DNA of 64,000 nt from an uncultured Lacinutrix sp. (GTDB lineage Bacteria > Bacteroidota > Bacteroidia > Flavobacteriales > Flavobacteriaceae): positions 80,551 through 144,550 of the forward strand of contig CAKZMU010000009.1 in assembly GCA_937129145.1 (NCBI GenBank). Direction: 5' to 3'. Under the pieces are notes generated by a model that did not search any database, was not told where the DNA came from, and was given only the letters and a program-made list of their open reading frames with translations. A program made the translations under genes and the position numbers. How positions within the stretch are numbered: the first letter of the stretch is position 1; each line of letters begins with the position of its first letter. Below, one piece after another: positions 22,561 to 30,247 of the stretch.

Positions 22561-23013
22561 ATGAGTAATATTCGAATTACAAAACAGTTTTCATTTGAAA
22601 CAGGTCATGCGCTTTATGGTTATGACGGAAAGTGCAAAAATGTTCATGGTCACAGCTATAGACTATTTGTGACGGTTATTGGTAAACCTATTTCAGATAG
22701 CTCAAATGTGAAATTTGGAATGGTTATCGACTTTGGTGACCTTAAAAAAATAGTAAAAGAAGACATTGTTGATGTGTTTGACCACGCCACAGTTTTTAAT
22801 GAAAATACACCTCATGTAGAATTAGCAAAAGAACTTGAAGATAGAGGTCATAATGTATTATTGGTGGATTACCAACCTACAAGCGAAATGATGGTGATAG
22901 ATTTTGCATCTAAAATAAAAAAGCGTTTGCCTCATAATATTGAATTATTCTCATTAAAACTCCAAGAAACAGCAACCAGTTTTGCCGAATGGTTTGCAAG
23001 CGATAATGAATAA
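22561..23013 (+). CDS. queD: 6-carboxy-5,6,7,8-tetrahydropterin synthase
   Basis: 150 aa with zinc/catalytic motifs (ETGHAL ... CKNVHGHSY). Confidence 0.85.
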   Translation: MSNIRITKQFSFETGHALYGYDGKCKNVHGHSYRLFVTVIGKPISDSSNVKFGMVIDFGDLKKIVKEDIVDVFDHATVFNENTPHVELAKELEDRGHNVLLVDYQPTSEMMVIDFASKIKKRLPHNIELFSLKLQETATSFAEWFASDNE

Positions 23014-23776
23014 AGCTACGCACATAACAATTCCTCAAGGAAAGAAAATTTATTTTTCGTCCGACAATCATTTAGGTGCACCAACACAAGAATCTTCATT
23101 GCCTCGTGAGAAAAAATTTGTGGCTTGGTTAGACGAGATTAAAGAAGATGCGGCTGCTATTTTTTTGTTAGGCGATTTGTTCGATTTTTGGTTTGAATAC
23201 AAAAAAGTAGTGCCAAAAGGCTTTACAAGAACCTTAGGGAAACTTGCCGAAATATCAGATTCTGGTATTCCTATTTACTATTTTGTTGGCAATCATGATT
23301 TATGGATGAATGGCTATTTTGAAGAAGAGTTAGGTATTCCTGTCTTTCATAAACCACAAGAGTTTTTCTTTAATCAAACCTCTTTTTTAATTGGTCATGG
23401 CGATGGTTTAGGGCCTGGAGACAAAGGCTATAAGCGCATGAAAAAAGTATTTACCAATTCATTTAGTAAATGGCTGTTTCGTTGGCTACATCCAGACTTG
23501 GGTGTGCGATTAGCACAATATATGTCTGTGAAGAACAAATTGATTTCAGGTGATGAAGACGCTAAGTTTTTAGGAGAAGACAACGAGTGGTTAGTGCAAT
23601 ATTGCAAACGAAAGCTTGAAGAAAGTCATCGTGATTATTTTGTGTTTGGTCATCGACATTTGCCTTTGGAAATTGATTTAAAGCCCAATTCAAAATACAT
23701 CAATCTTGGTGATTGGATACGATATTATACGTATGGAGAATTTGATGGTGAAAAAATGAGTTTAAAGAAGTATTAA
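23006..23776 (+). CDS. lpxH: UDP-2,3-diacylglucosamine diphosphatase-like metallophosphoesterase
   Basis: Calcineurin-like motifs SDNHLG, GDLFDFW, GNHD and GHRH. The ATG at 23006 overlaps the queD stop. Confidence 0.7.
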   Translation: MNKATHITIPQGKKIYFSSDNHLGAPTQESSLPREKKFVAWLDEIKEDAAAIFLLGDLFDFWFEYKKVVPKGFTRTLGKLAEISDSGIPIYYFVGNHDLWMNGYFEEELGIPVFHKPQEFFFNQTSFLIGHGDGLGPGDKGYKRMKKVFTNSFSKWLFRWLHPDLGVRLAQYMSVKNKLISGDEDAKFLGEDNEWLVQYCKRKLEESHRDYFVFGHRHLPLEIDLKPNSKYINLGDWIRYYTYGEFDGEKMSLKKY

Positions 23777-24162
23777 TAACTGTTTTTTAAGCGGTATTTT
23801 AAAACCCAAACAACATAACTTCCTAAAACTAGTTCGCCAATAACTCCTATAATATAAGGTGATGTTGGTGTTCCGTCAAAAAACAGACTTAATAATCTTC
23901 CAATACCTAAACCCAACATGAAAACGATGTTAGATACAATTGCTATACGAAGATATTTAGATTTTATAATGCCTAAAATCCAAAGTAAAGAAAAGCCCAA
24001 ATATAAACCCATGAAAGCTTTAAAAGCATTTTTCTCATCGATTGTATCTAAATAGATATCAAATTCTAAATCAGGTTGAAAACCATAAATAATTGCTACT
24101 GGAATTACAATTATTAAAGAGATAATTAAATGAATCTTATTTATTATATCAGATTTTTTCAT
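23773..24162 (-). CDS. small 4-TM membrane protein (DUF4345-like)
   Basis: 129 aa with four hydrophobic helices. Confidence 0.5.
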   Translation of the reverse strand: MKKSDIINKIHLIISLIIVIPVAIIYGFQPDLEFDIYLDTIDEKNAFKAFMGLYLGFSLLWILGIIKSKYLRIAIVSNIVFMLGLGIGRLLSLFFDGTPTSPYIIGVIGELVLGSYVVWVLKYRLKNSY

Positions 24163-24164
24163 AA

Positions 24165-25433
24165 CTAATCCTCTTCTTCGTGTGCTTCTATATCCTTAGT
24201 CAAGTCTAGTTTTCTAAACGATGGCATAGCAATTCCTGTGGTAACAACCGTTAAAAGTGTCATTGTGCCGCCAAAAACCACAGCATTCACTGTTCCCATG
24301 AGTTTTGCTGTCAACCCACTTTCAAAAGCACCCAATTCATTTGAAGAGCCAACAAACATAGAATTAACCGACGACACACGACCACGCATATTGTCTGGTG
24401 TTTTTAATTGTAAAATTGTTTGCCTTATTACCATAGATACGCCATCAGTTACACCGCTAAAAAATAATGCTGCCACCGAAAGCCAAAATGAGGTGGACAA
24501 TCCAAATACAATGATGCTAATACCAAACCCAAAAATAGCGACAAGCAGTTTCATCCCTGCGTTTTTGCTTATTGGAATATAAGCTGTTACCAACATGGTT
24601 AAAAATGCACCAACGGATGGAGCTGCAACCAAAATACCAAAACCTTTGGGGCCTACTTTTAAAATATCTTCAGCAAATACCGCTAATAACGCAACTGCTC
24701 CTCCAAATAGCACCGAAACCATATCTAACGTAAGAGCGCCCAAAATGGCTTTCGTTTTAAAGACGAAGGACACGCCTTCCTTTAGACTTTTCATAATAGG
24801 TTCGCCTATTTTTGGGTTAAGAATAGGTTTCTTTTTTATTCTAAACACCACGAGAAAAGCAAAAACCACCAAGGCAAAAACAATACATAACGACCAGTGT
24901 ACACCAATCCAACTAATAGAAAACCCCGCAAAAGCGACACCTAAAACACGAGATATTTGCCAAGTAGAGCTGCTCCACGTTGCTGCATTTGGATATAATT
25001 TTTTTGGAACAATTAAAGCTACTAATGAAAAAACCGTAGGGCTAAAAAAAGCTCTTAAAATTCCACCAAAAAAAACTAGAGCATATATAGAGTACAAAAT
25101 AACCTGTTTAGACCAGGTTGCTTCAATTTTAGATGTAGTTAACCAAAACAATCCAAAACTTATTAATGAAAATGCAGCAATACACCTTGCTAATAAATTT
25201 CGCTTTTCTTGCTGATCTACAATATGTCCTGCAAAAGGAGCCATTAAAAACGCAGGTATAAATTCACAAGCCCCAATTATACCCAAAGACAAGGGATCTT
25301 TTGTAAGTGCATAAACTTGCCATTCAATAACTACAAATTGCATTGACCATCCAAAAATTAATGCAAACCTAATTACAAGAAAAATATTAAATTCTTTAAA
25401 TCGAAGTGACGCATAAGGGTCTTTTTTTGCCAT
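24165..25433 (-). CDS. MFS transporter
   Basis: 422 aa with about 12 TM helices and an MFS-like loop motif. Confidence 0.8.
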   Translation of the reverse strand: MAKKDPYASLRFKEFNIFLVIRFALIFGWSMQFVVIEWQVYALTKDPLSLGIIGACEFIPAFLMAPFAGHIVDQQEKRNLLARCIAAFSLISFGLFWLTTSKIEATWSKQVILYSIYALVFFGGILRAFFSPTVFSLVALIVPKKLYPNAATWSSSTWQISRVLGVAFAGFSISWIGVHWSLCIVFALVVFAFLVVFRIKKKPILNPKIGEPIMKSLKEGVSFVFKTKAILGALTLDMVSVLFGGAVALLAVFAEDILKVGPKGFGILVAAPSVGAFLTMLVTAYIPISKNAGMKLLVAIFGFGISIIVFGLSTSFWLSVAALFFSGVTDGVSMVIRQTILQLKTPDNMRGRVSSVNSMFVGSSNELGAFESGLTAKLMGTVNAVVFGGTMTLLTVVTTGIAMPSFRKLDLTKDIEAHEEED

Positions 25434-25434
25434 A

Positions 25435-27126
25435 TTAAGATTTAATATCTCTCAATTTTAATTGTAACGATACTTTGCCGTTCCAATGGTTTTCATCAAC
25501 AGAATATACCGCTTTAAACAGTTTTCTGTTTTTTATCAAGCTCAGCTTGTCGCCTAACCCAAATCCTATACAGACTATTTTTTCTTTTCCTGATTGCGTA
25601 ACAGTAATTCGTAAATGTTTATCGTCTTCGCCAACACATTTGCCATAACCTGTATCTTTTAAATTATCTGTCATAAAAATCGGTGTCATATTTCCTGGAC
25701 CGAAAGGTGCAAATTGGTGCATAATGCGCATTAATTTATTATCAACTTGATGAAGATTAATTTTTAAGTCTATTTTAATCTCTGGAGTTAATAATGATTT
25801 GTTAATGGTTTTGGACACCTCATCTTCAAACGCTTGTTTAAAAGCATCGTAGTTTTCTTCCTTAAGTGTTAATCCAGCGGCATATTTATGTCCTCCAAAT
25901 TGTTCGATATGTTCACTACAAGCATCCAAAGCGTTATACACATCAAACCCTGACACCGAACGTGCCGAAGCTGCTAGCTTATCGCCGCTTTTGGTAAATA
26001 CCAAGGTTGGCCTATAATAAGTTTCGGTTAGCCTTGAAGCCACAATACCAATTACGCCTTTATGCCAAGTGTCTTGATAGACAACTGTTGTAAAGCGGTC
26101 TTGTTCATTGTTGTCTTCAATTTGTTGAAGAGCTTCAACAGTAATTTCTCTGTCTGCTTCTCGTCTATCTGTGTTGAATTCTTCTATTTCGGCAGCATAT
26201 TCTTCAGCTAATTTATAATCCATTTCAGTTAATAACGTCACCGCATAATTCCCATGTTTCATACGTCCAGCAGCGTTTATTCTTGGAGCGACAATAAACA
26301 CGACATCAGTAATCGTAAGTTCTTCCTTTTTAACCTGGTTGATAATAGCTTTAATGCCTGGTCTTGGATTGGAGTTAATCACTTGTATACCAAAATAGGC
26401 CAAAGCTCTGTTTTCACCAGTAATAGGAACAATATCGGCTCCAATTGCTGTGGCAACCAAATCTAAGTATTCAGCTAAATCTTCAACTTCTTTTCCTTCA
26501 TTTGAAGCCAAAGCTTGAATCAGCTTAAATCCAACACCACAACCACACAATTCTTTATATGGATACTCACAATCCTCACGTTTTGGGTCTAAAACTGCAA
26601 TTGCTACAGGCAATTTATTTCCTGGTCTGTGGTGGTCGCAAATAATAAAATCAATTCCTTTTTCTTTAGCATAAGCCACCTTATCTATGGCTTTTACGCC
26701 ACAGTCTAAGGCAATAATAAGTGTAAAATCGTTATCGTGAGCAAAATCAATACCTTTGAAGGAAACGCCATAACCTTCGTCATACCTATCAGGAATATAG
26801 GTGGCAATATTTTCTGACCGCGTTTTTAAGTAGGAGGACATTAAGGCTACAGACGACGTTCCATCCACATCATAATCGCCATATACTAAAATATTTTCGC
26901 CTTGAAGAAGTGCTACTTCAATTCTAGAAACAGCCAAATCCATATCCTTCATCAAAAAGGGATTGTGTAAATCGCTGAAGCTTGGTCTAAAAAACGTTTT
27001 GGCATCCTCGTAAGTTTCAATGCCTCGTTGTAGCAATAAAGTTGCCACCACATCATCTACTTGAAGTGCCTCTTTTAATGCTGCTACTTTGGCAGCTTCA
27101 GGTTTTGGTTTGAGCGTCCAGCGCAT
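25435..27126 (-). CDS. recJ: single-stranded-DNA-specific exonuclease RecJ
   Basis: DHH family motifs (GDYDVDG, DCGV, CDHHRP) plus a DHHA1 domain (GGHKYAAG). Confidence 0.92.
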   Translation of the reverse strand: MRWTLKPKPEAAKVAALKEALQVDDVVATLLLQRGIETYEDAKTFFRPSFSDLHNPFLMKDMDLAVSRIEVALLQGENILVYGDYDVDGTSSVALMSSYLKTRSENIATYIPDRYDEGYGVSFKGIDFAHDNDFTLIIALDCGVKAIDKVAYAKEKGIDFIICDHHRPGNKLPVAIAVLDPKREDCEYPYKELCGCGVGFKLIQALASNEGKEVEDLAEYLDLVATAIGADIVPITGENRALAYFGIQVINSNPRPGIKAIINQVKKEELTITDVVFIVAPRINAAGRMKHGNYAVTLLTEMDYKLAEEYAAEIEEFNTDRREADREITVEALQQIEDNNEQDRFTTVVYQDTWHKGVIGIVASRLTETYYRPTLVFTKSGDKLAASARSVSGFDVYNALDACSEHIEQFGGHKYAAGLTLKEENYDAFKQAFEDEVSKTINKSLLTPEIKIDLKINLHQVDNKLMRIMHQFAPFGPGNMTPIFMTDNLKDTGYGKCVGEDDKHLRITVTQSGKEKIVCIGFGLGDKLSLIKNRKLFKAVYSVDENHWNGKVSLQLKLRDIKS

Positions 27127-27147
27127 GAATTGATTTTGAGTAAATTC

Positions 27148-27570
27148 CTATTTATCGTGGTAATGTATTTCTATGTCTAATTTTGAAAACTGACGAAACA
27201 TTTCCATCACGCCACAGTATTTTTCAACCGAAAGATCAACGGCTTTTTTTATTTTCTTCTCGTTTAAATCCTTTCCGTAAAAGTGATAATCTAGTTTCAC
27301 TTTGTGAAAATATTTAGGGTGTTCTTGCGTTAATTCGCCTTCTACATCCATTTTAAACTCATAGTCAGTAACTTTCATTTTTTCTAAAACCGAGACCACA
27401 TCCAATCCTGAACATCCTGCAAGCGCAGACAACATCATGGATTTGGGAGATACTCCAAATCGTTCGTCTGAACCTTCAACTTCCGTATCCATTATAACTG
27501 AATTTCCTCCTGGATCATCAGATTCAAAAGTCATTCCTCCATTCCATTCAGCAGTGATTTTTCTAAACAT
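27148..27570 (-). CDS. OsmC family peroxiredoxin-like protein
   Basis: 140 aa with the two conserved Cys contexts (LAGCSG ... KYCGV). Confidence 0.75.
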   Translation of the reverse strand: MFRKITAEWNGGMTFESDDPGGNSVIMDTEVEGSDERFGVSPKSMMLSALAGCSGLDVVSVLEKMKVTDYEFKMDVEGELTQEHPKYFHKVKLDYHFYGKDLNEKKIKKAVDLSVEKYCGVMEMFRQFSKLDIEIHYHDK

Positions 27571-27637
27571 ATCTAAATAATTTTTCGTTTATTGTTAGTT
27601 CAAAAATACTACTTAAAAACTAAAATAAATTAAGAAT

Positions 27638-28240
27638 ATGGCATTAGTAACACCACTTAACCCTAATCATGATGAGGAAACCAAAAAACTTTCAGATTTC
27701 TACAATGAAACGCTTGGGTTTTGTCCAAATTCGGTACTCACAATGCAACGTCGTCCAGCCATTTCAAAAGCATTTATTAATTTGAATAAAGCGGTAATGG
27801 CAAATGAAGGTCGTGTGACTTCTGCCTTAAAACGCATGATTGCTTGGGTGAGTAGTAACTCAACTGGTTGCAGATATTGTCAAGCGCATGCCATAAGAGC
27901 TGCAGAACGTTATGGCGCTGAACAAGAACAATTAGATAATATTTGGGAATACCGAACACATCCTGCTTTTAACGAAGCTGAACGTGCTGCGCTCGATTTT
28001 AGTTTAGCAGCTTCTATGGTGCCTAATGCTGTTAATGAAGATATTAAAGCGAGATTACATGAACATTGGGATGATGGTGAAATTGTAGAAATGCTCGGTG
28101 TTATAGCGCTCTTTGGTTATCTCAATCGTTGGAATGATAGTATGGGAACCAATATTGAAGAAGGTGCTGTTGAAAGTGGCGAACAGTACTTAGGCAAACA
28201 CGGTTGGAATGAAGGCAAGCATGATGGGTCACAATATTAA
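27638..28240 (+). CDS. AhpD-like / carboxymuconolactone decarboxylase family peroxidase-related protein
   Basis: A CxxC motif in the context GCRYCQAH, which is typical of the AhpD core domain. Confidence 0.7.
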   Translation: MALVTPLNPNHDEETKKLSDFYNETLGFCPNSVLTMQRRPAISKAFINLNKAVMANEGRVTSALKRMIAWVSSNSTGCRYCQAHAIRAAERYGAEQEQLDNIWEYRTHPAFNEAERAALDFSLAASMVPNAVNEDIKARLHEHWDDGEIVEMLGVIALFGYLNRWNDSMGTNIEEGAVESGEQYLGKHGWNEGKHDGSQY

Positions 28241-28440
28241 ATTTGCATCGTATAGTATAAAAATCACATATTTGCACCTAGAAATGAAAAACACAATAGT
28301 ACATAACGCACCTAAATCACTGTTTTGCCAGTGGGATTATCGAGGAATAAGAGAATTATTCCTTCGGTCAAGGACGTTTTGTAGTTGTTTTAACTGATTT
28401 TTTATATACGATATAACTAAGAAAATCTATAATTATAACA

Positions 28441-28469
28441 AGCGTCCAAGAAATTGGGCGCTTTTTTTA
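28441..28469 (+). terminator. rho-independent terminator in an otherwise gene-free region
   Basis: The hairpin AGCGTCCAA-GAAA-TTGGGCGCT (9 bp) is followed by T7. Confidence 0.7.
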
Positions 28470-28835
28470 TTAAAAAAATCGAAGAATTTGAAAATAAATT
28501 TTAAAAACTAAAATATTAAGCATTGAAGAGTAAGCAATTGGGAGACAAACACTTGCACATAAACTCAAGTATCTGTTAAAAAACGGACAGGAATATCTTT
28601 GCTTAAACCCAACACAACTATTTGATTATCAATAAATTAAATTGAAGTTTTGCTTGTTTTTTAAAACATAGATTCTCATCTTTGCATCGCAGTTTTAAAT
28701 AACTACTGCAATACATATTAATAATTAAAAACAAGAAGCCATGCTAAAGTATATGATAGCATTACAACCCTTAGGTTATGATCTTGAGTCATTTACAAGG
28801 CTTCGGTATTTTCTGTAGATAATTTCCTAGAGAAG

Positions 28836-28869
28836 AATCCGAAGCAAACAAACTGTTTCGGATTTTTTT
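28836..28869 (+). terminator. rho-independent terminator in an otherwise gene-free region
   Basis: The hairpin AATCCGAAGCA-AACAAAC-TGTTTCGGATT (11 bp including one G:U) is followed by a T-run. Confidence 0.7.
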
Positions 28870-28951
28870 ATTCCAAAATTTTAAGAGTACATCAATCTGG
28901 CAGTTTTAAGAGCATCATAAAAAATGGTGCATTTAAGACAATAATAAACTA

Positions 28952-29497
28952 TTGAATAAAACAAACATGGAAAATAATTTACACAACAACTATGTCTTTA
29001 AAGCTATGGACGCATATCCATACGAGCTTGAAGAAACATTGGAAGCATTAAACTATGCTTTATCATATAACAATAAAGATGCGCAAGCATTATGCTTAAT
29101 GGGACGTGTTTATGCTGAACAATTAAAAGATTACGAAACAGCTAAACAATATTTTGCTGAAGCTATTGCGCAACACATGGAAATGCCAAAAACATATCCA
29201 TTTTATATCCAAACTTTATTATGGAATGGTGATTATGAAGAAGCAGATAAATTAATAACATTTGGACTAACTGTAAAGGGTACTGACAAAGCTTTATTAC
29301 AATTATTACAAGGTATTCTTTTTGAAAAACAGGGGGATTTTAAGGCTGCTATCAAGGCATATAAAAAAGCTAATAAAACAGCAACAAACAACTGCTTTAT
29401 TGAATATGTGAATAATGAAATATCTAGGGTTAAAAAGAAAATGGACCCCAGAAAGAAGAAGAAAAAGAAGTCTAACAAAAAAAGAAAGGGGAAATAA
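28952..29497 (+). CDS. TPR-like protein with poly-lysine C-terminal tail
   Basis: 181 aa with TPR-like helical repeats and the C-terminus PRKKKKKKSNKKRKGK. It is followed by the hairpin ATCGGCAA-TCTTGTC-TTGCCGAT. Confidence 0.55.
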   Translation: MNKTNMENNLHNNYVFKAMDAYPYELEETLEALNYALSYNNKDAQALCLMGRVYAEQLKDYETAKQYFAEAIAQHMEMPKTYPFYIQTLLWNGDYEEADKLITFGLTVKGTDKALLQLLQGILFEKQGDFKAAIKAYKKANKTATNNCFIEYVNNEISRVKKKMDPRKKKKKKSNKKRKGK

Positions 29498-29529
29498 AAA
29501 AATCGGCAATCTTGTCTTGCCGATTTAAT

Positions 29530-29613
29530 GGGAACTCGTCAACGTTGGAGAGTTGGTGCAGATTGTAAACCTGTTGCTTAAATGCTAAGAAAGTTCGAAT
29601 CTTTCAGTTCCCA
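29530..29613 (+). tRNA. tRNA-Tyr-like (anticodon GTA), class II, slightly non-canonical
   Basis: Acceptor GGGAACT/AGTTCCC, anticodon loop TTGTAAA, variable arm CTTA-AATGC-TAAG, and T arm GAAAG-TTCGAAT-CTTTC. Anomalies are C at position 8 and an A.C pair closing the anticodon stem. Confidence 0.7.
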
Positions 29614-29627
29614 CAAATAAATAGATT

Positions 29628-29700
29628 GACAAGGTGGCTGAACGGTTAAGGCAACAGACTGCAAATCTGTTTTTTGTGAGTTCAAATCTCACCCTTGTCT
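29628..29700 (+). tRNA. tRNA-Cys (anticodon GCA)
   Basis: Acceptor GACAAGG/CCTTGTC, anticodon arm ACAGA-CTGCAAA-TCTGT, T arm GTGAG-TTCAAAT-CTCAC, and discriminator U as expected for Cys. Confidence 0.85.
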
Positions 29701-29706
29701 CAAAAT

Positions 29707-29779
29707 AGTATCGTAGCTCAATGGCTAGAGCGCTCGGTTGTCTCCCGAGAAGTTGCGGGTTCGAATCTCGTCGGTACTG
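29707..29779 (+). tRNA. tRNA-Asp (anticodon GTC)
   Basis: Acceptor AGTATCG/CGGTACT, D arm GCTC/GAGC, anticodon arm CTCGG-TTGTCTC-CCGAG, T arm GCGGG-TTCGAAT-CTCGT, and discriminator G. Confidence 0.85.
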
Positions 29780-29780
29780 C

Positions 29781-29844
29781 GAAGCAGTTTAAGAGATGAG
29801 AAGTTTACCCTGAGCGTAGTCGAAGGGAATCTTGTCGGTACTGC
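29781..29844 (+). repeat. conserved 46-nt tRNA-trailer element (copy A) plus an 18-nt duplicate of the tRNA-Asp 3' end
   Basis: 29781-29826 is GAAGCAGTTTAAGAGATGAGAAGTTTACCCTGAGCGTAGTCGAAGG. 29827-29844 (GAATCTTGTCGGTACTGC) repeats 29763-29780 with 1 mismatch. The core matches copy B at 30181-30226. Confidence 0.8.
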
Positions 29845-29848
29845 AAAT

Positions 29849-29931
29849 CTGGGAGGATAATCCCGAAGGTTCGGGAGTGGTTTACTCGCTTTGGAAGCGA
29901 GAGGTTGTAGGTTCAAATCCTACCTCTCAGA
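29849..29931 (+). tRNA. tRNA-Pro-like (anticodon TGG) with a hairpin insertion in the D-loop
   Basis: Acceptor CTGGGAG/CTCTCAG (C1:G72 and A73, as in bacterial tRNA-Pro), anticodon arm CTCGC-TTTGGAA-GCGAG, and T arm GTAGG-TTCAAAT-CCTAC. The D region is about 10 nt too long because of the hairpin TCCCGAAGGTTCGGGA (29861-29876). Confidence 0.6.
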
Positions 29932-29937
29932 CAAAAT

Positions 29938-30009
29938 ACTCCGTTAGTCAAATGGCTAAGACGCCTGACTTTCTATCAGGAATTAAGGGTTCAATTCCCT
30001 TACGGAGTA
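29938..30009 (+). tRNA. tRNA-Glu (anticodon TTC)
   Basis: Acceptor ACTCCGT/ACGGAGT, anticodon arm CCTGA-CTTTCTA-TCAGG, and T arm AAGGG-TTCAATT-CCCTT. Confidence 0.8.
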
Positions 30010-30014
30010 CACAT

Positions 30015-30100
30015 TGAGATATAGCTTAATTGGTAGAGCGTCGCTCTCATAAGGCGAATGGTTTAGGTTCTCCCGATAGTTATCGGGACTAATATCTCAA
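30015..30100 (+). tRNA. tRNA-Met/Ile2-like (anticodon CAT) with a hairpin insertion in the T-loop
   Basis: Acceptor TGAGATA/TATCTCA, D arm GCTT/GAGC, and anticodon arm TCGCT-CTCATAA-GGCGA. The T-stem is TTAG(G)/(A)CTAA, but the T-loop is TTC followed by the 18-nt hairpin TCCCGATAGTTATCGGGA (30071-30088). Confidence 0.55.
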
Positions 30101-30106
30101 CAACAC

Positions 30107-30179
30107 GCAGGAATGGCGAAACGGCAAACGCACTCGACTTAGAATCGAGAAACTGGGAGTTCGAATCTCTCTTCCTGTA
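30107..30179 (+). tRNA. tRNA-Leu-like (anticodon TAG) with a short (5-nt) variable loop
   Basis: Acceptor GCAGGAA/TTCCTGT, a class-II-like D arm (TGGCGAAACGGCAAACGC), anticodon arm CTCGA-CTTAGAA-TCGAG, variable region of only AAACT, and T arm GGGAG-TTCGAAT-CTCTC. Confidence 0.65.
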
Positions 30180-30180
30180 C

Positions 30181-30246
30181 GAAGTAAGGAAAGAGATGAG
30201 AAGTTTATGCTGAGCGAAGTCGAAGTGAATCTCTCTTCCTGTACGA
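30181..30246 (+). repeat. conserved 46-nt tRNA-trailer element (copy B) plus a 20-nt duplicate of the tRNA-Leu(TAG) 3' end
   Basis: 30181-30226 is GAAGTAAGGAAAGAGATGAGAAGTTTATGCTGAGCGAAGTCGAAGT. 30227-30246 (GAATCTCTCTTCCTGTACGA) exactly repeats 30163-30182. Confidence 0.8.
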
Positions 30247-30247
30247 T

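Noticed and set aside
24238-25215. Antisense ORFs of 114 aa and 206 aa opposite the MFS transporter gene
   Set aside because: They are fully embedded antisense to a well-supported 12-TM transporter gene and have no domains. Shadow ORFs of this kind are typical.
28310-28395. Possible SRP (4.5S) RNA, because of CTGTTTTGCCAG ... GGTCAAGGAC, which is reminiscent of the E. coli CUGUUUACCAGG ... GCCAAGGCAG
   Set aside because: The apical part lacks the GGAA tetraloop and the AGCA symmetric-loop motif of SRP domain IV. The hairpin apex here is GGAATAA-GAGAA-TTATTCC. The support is insufficient.
28209-28397. 62-aa ORF overlapping the end of the AhpD-like gene and extending into the intergenic region
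   Set aside because: There is no ribosome-binding context or recognisable features. The region is better explained as a structured non-coding hairpin.
29781-29826. Possible hammerhead ribozyme in the conserved 46-nt element (GATGAG ... CTGAGCG ... CGAAG)
   Set aside because: The strict core is absent. There is no CUGANGA box (CTGAGCG has C where G is required, and GATGAG is not preceded by CU), and there is no GAAA flanked by the required stems. The resemblance is superficial.
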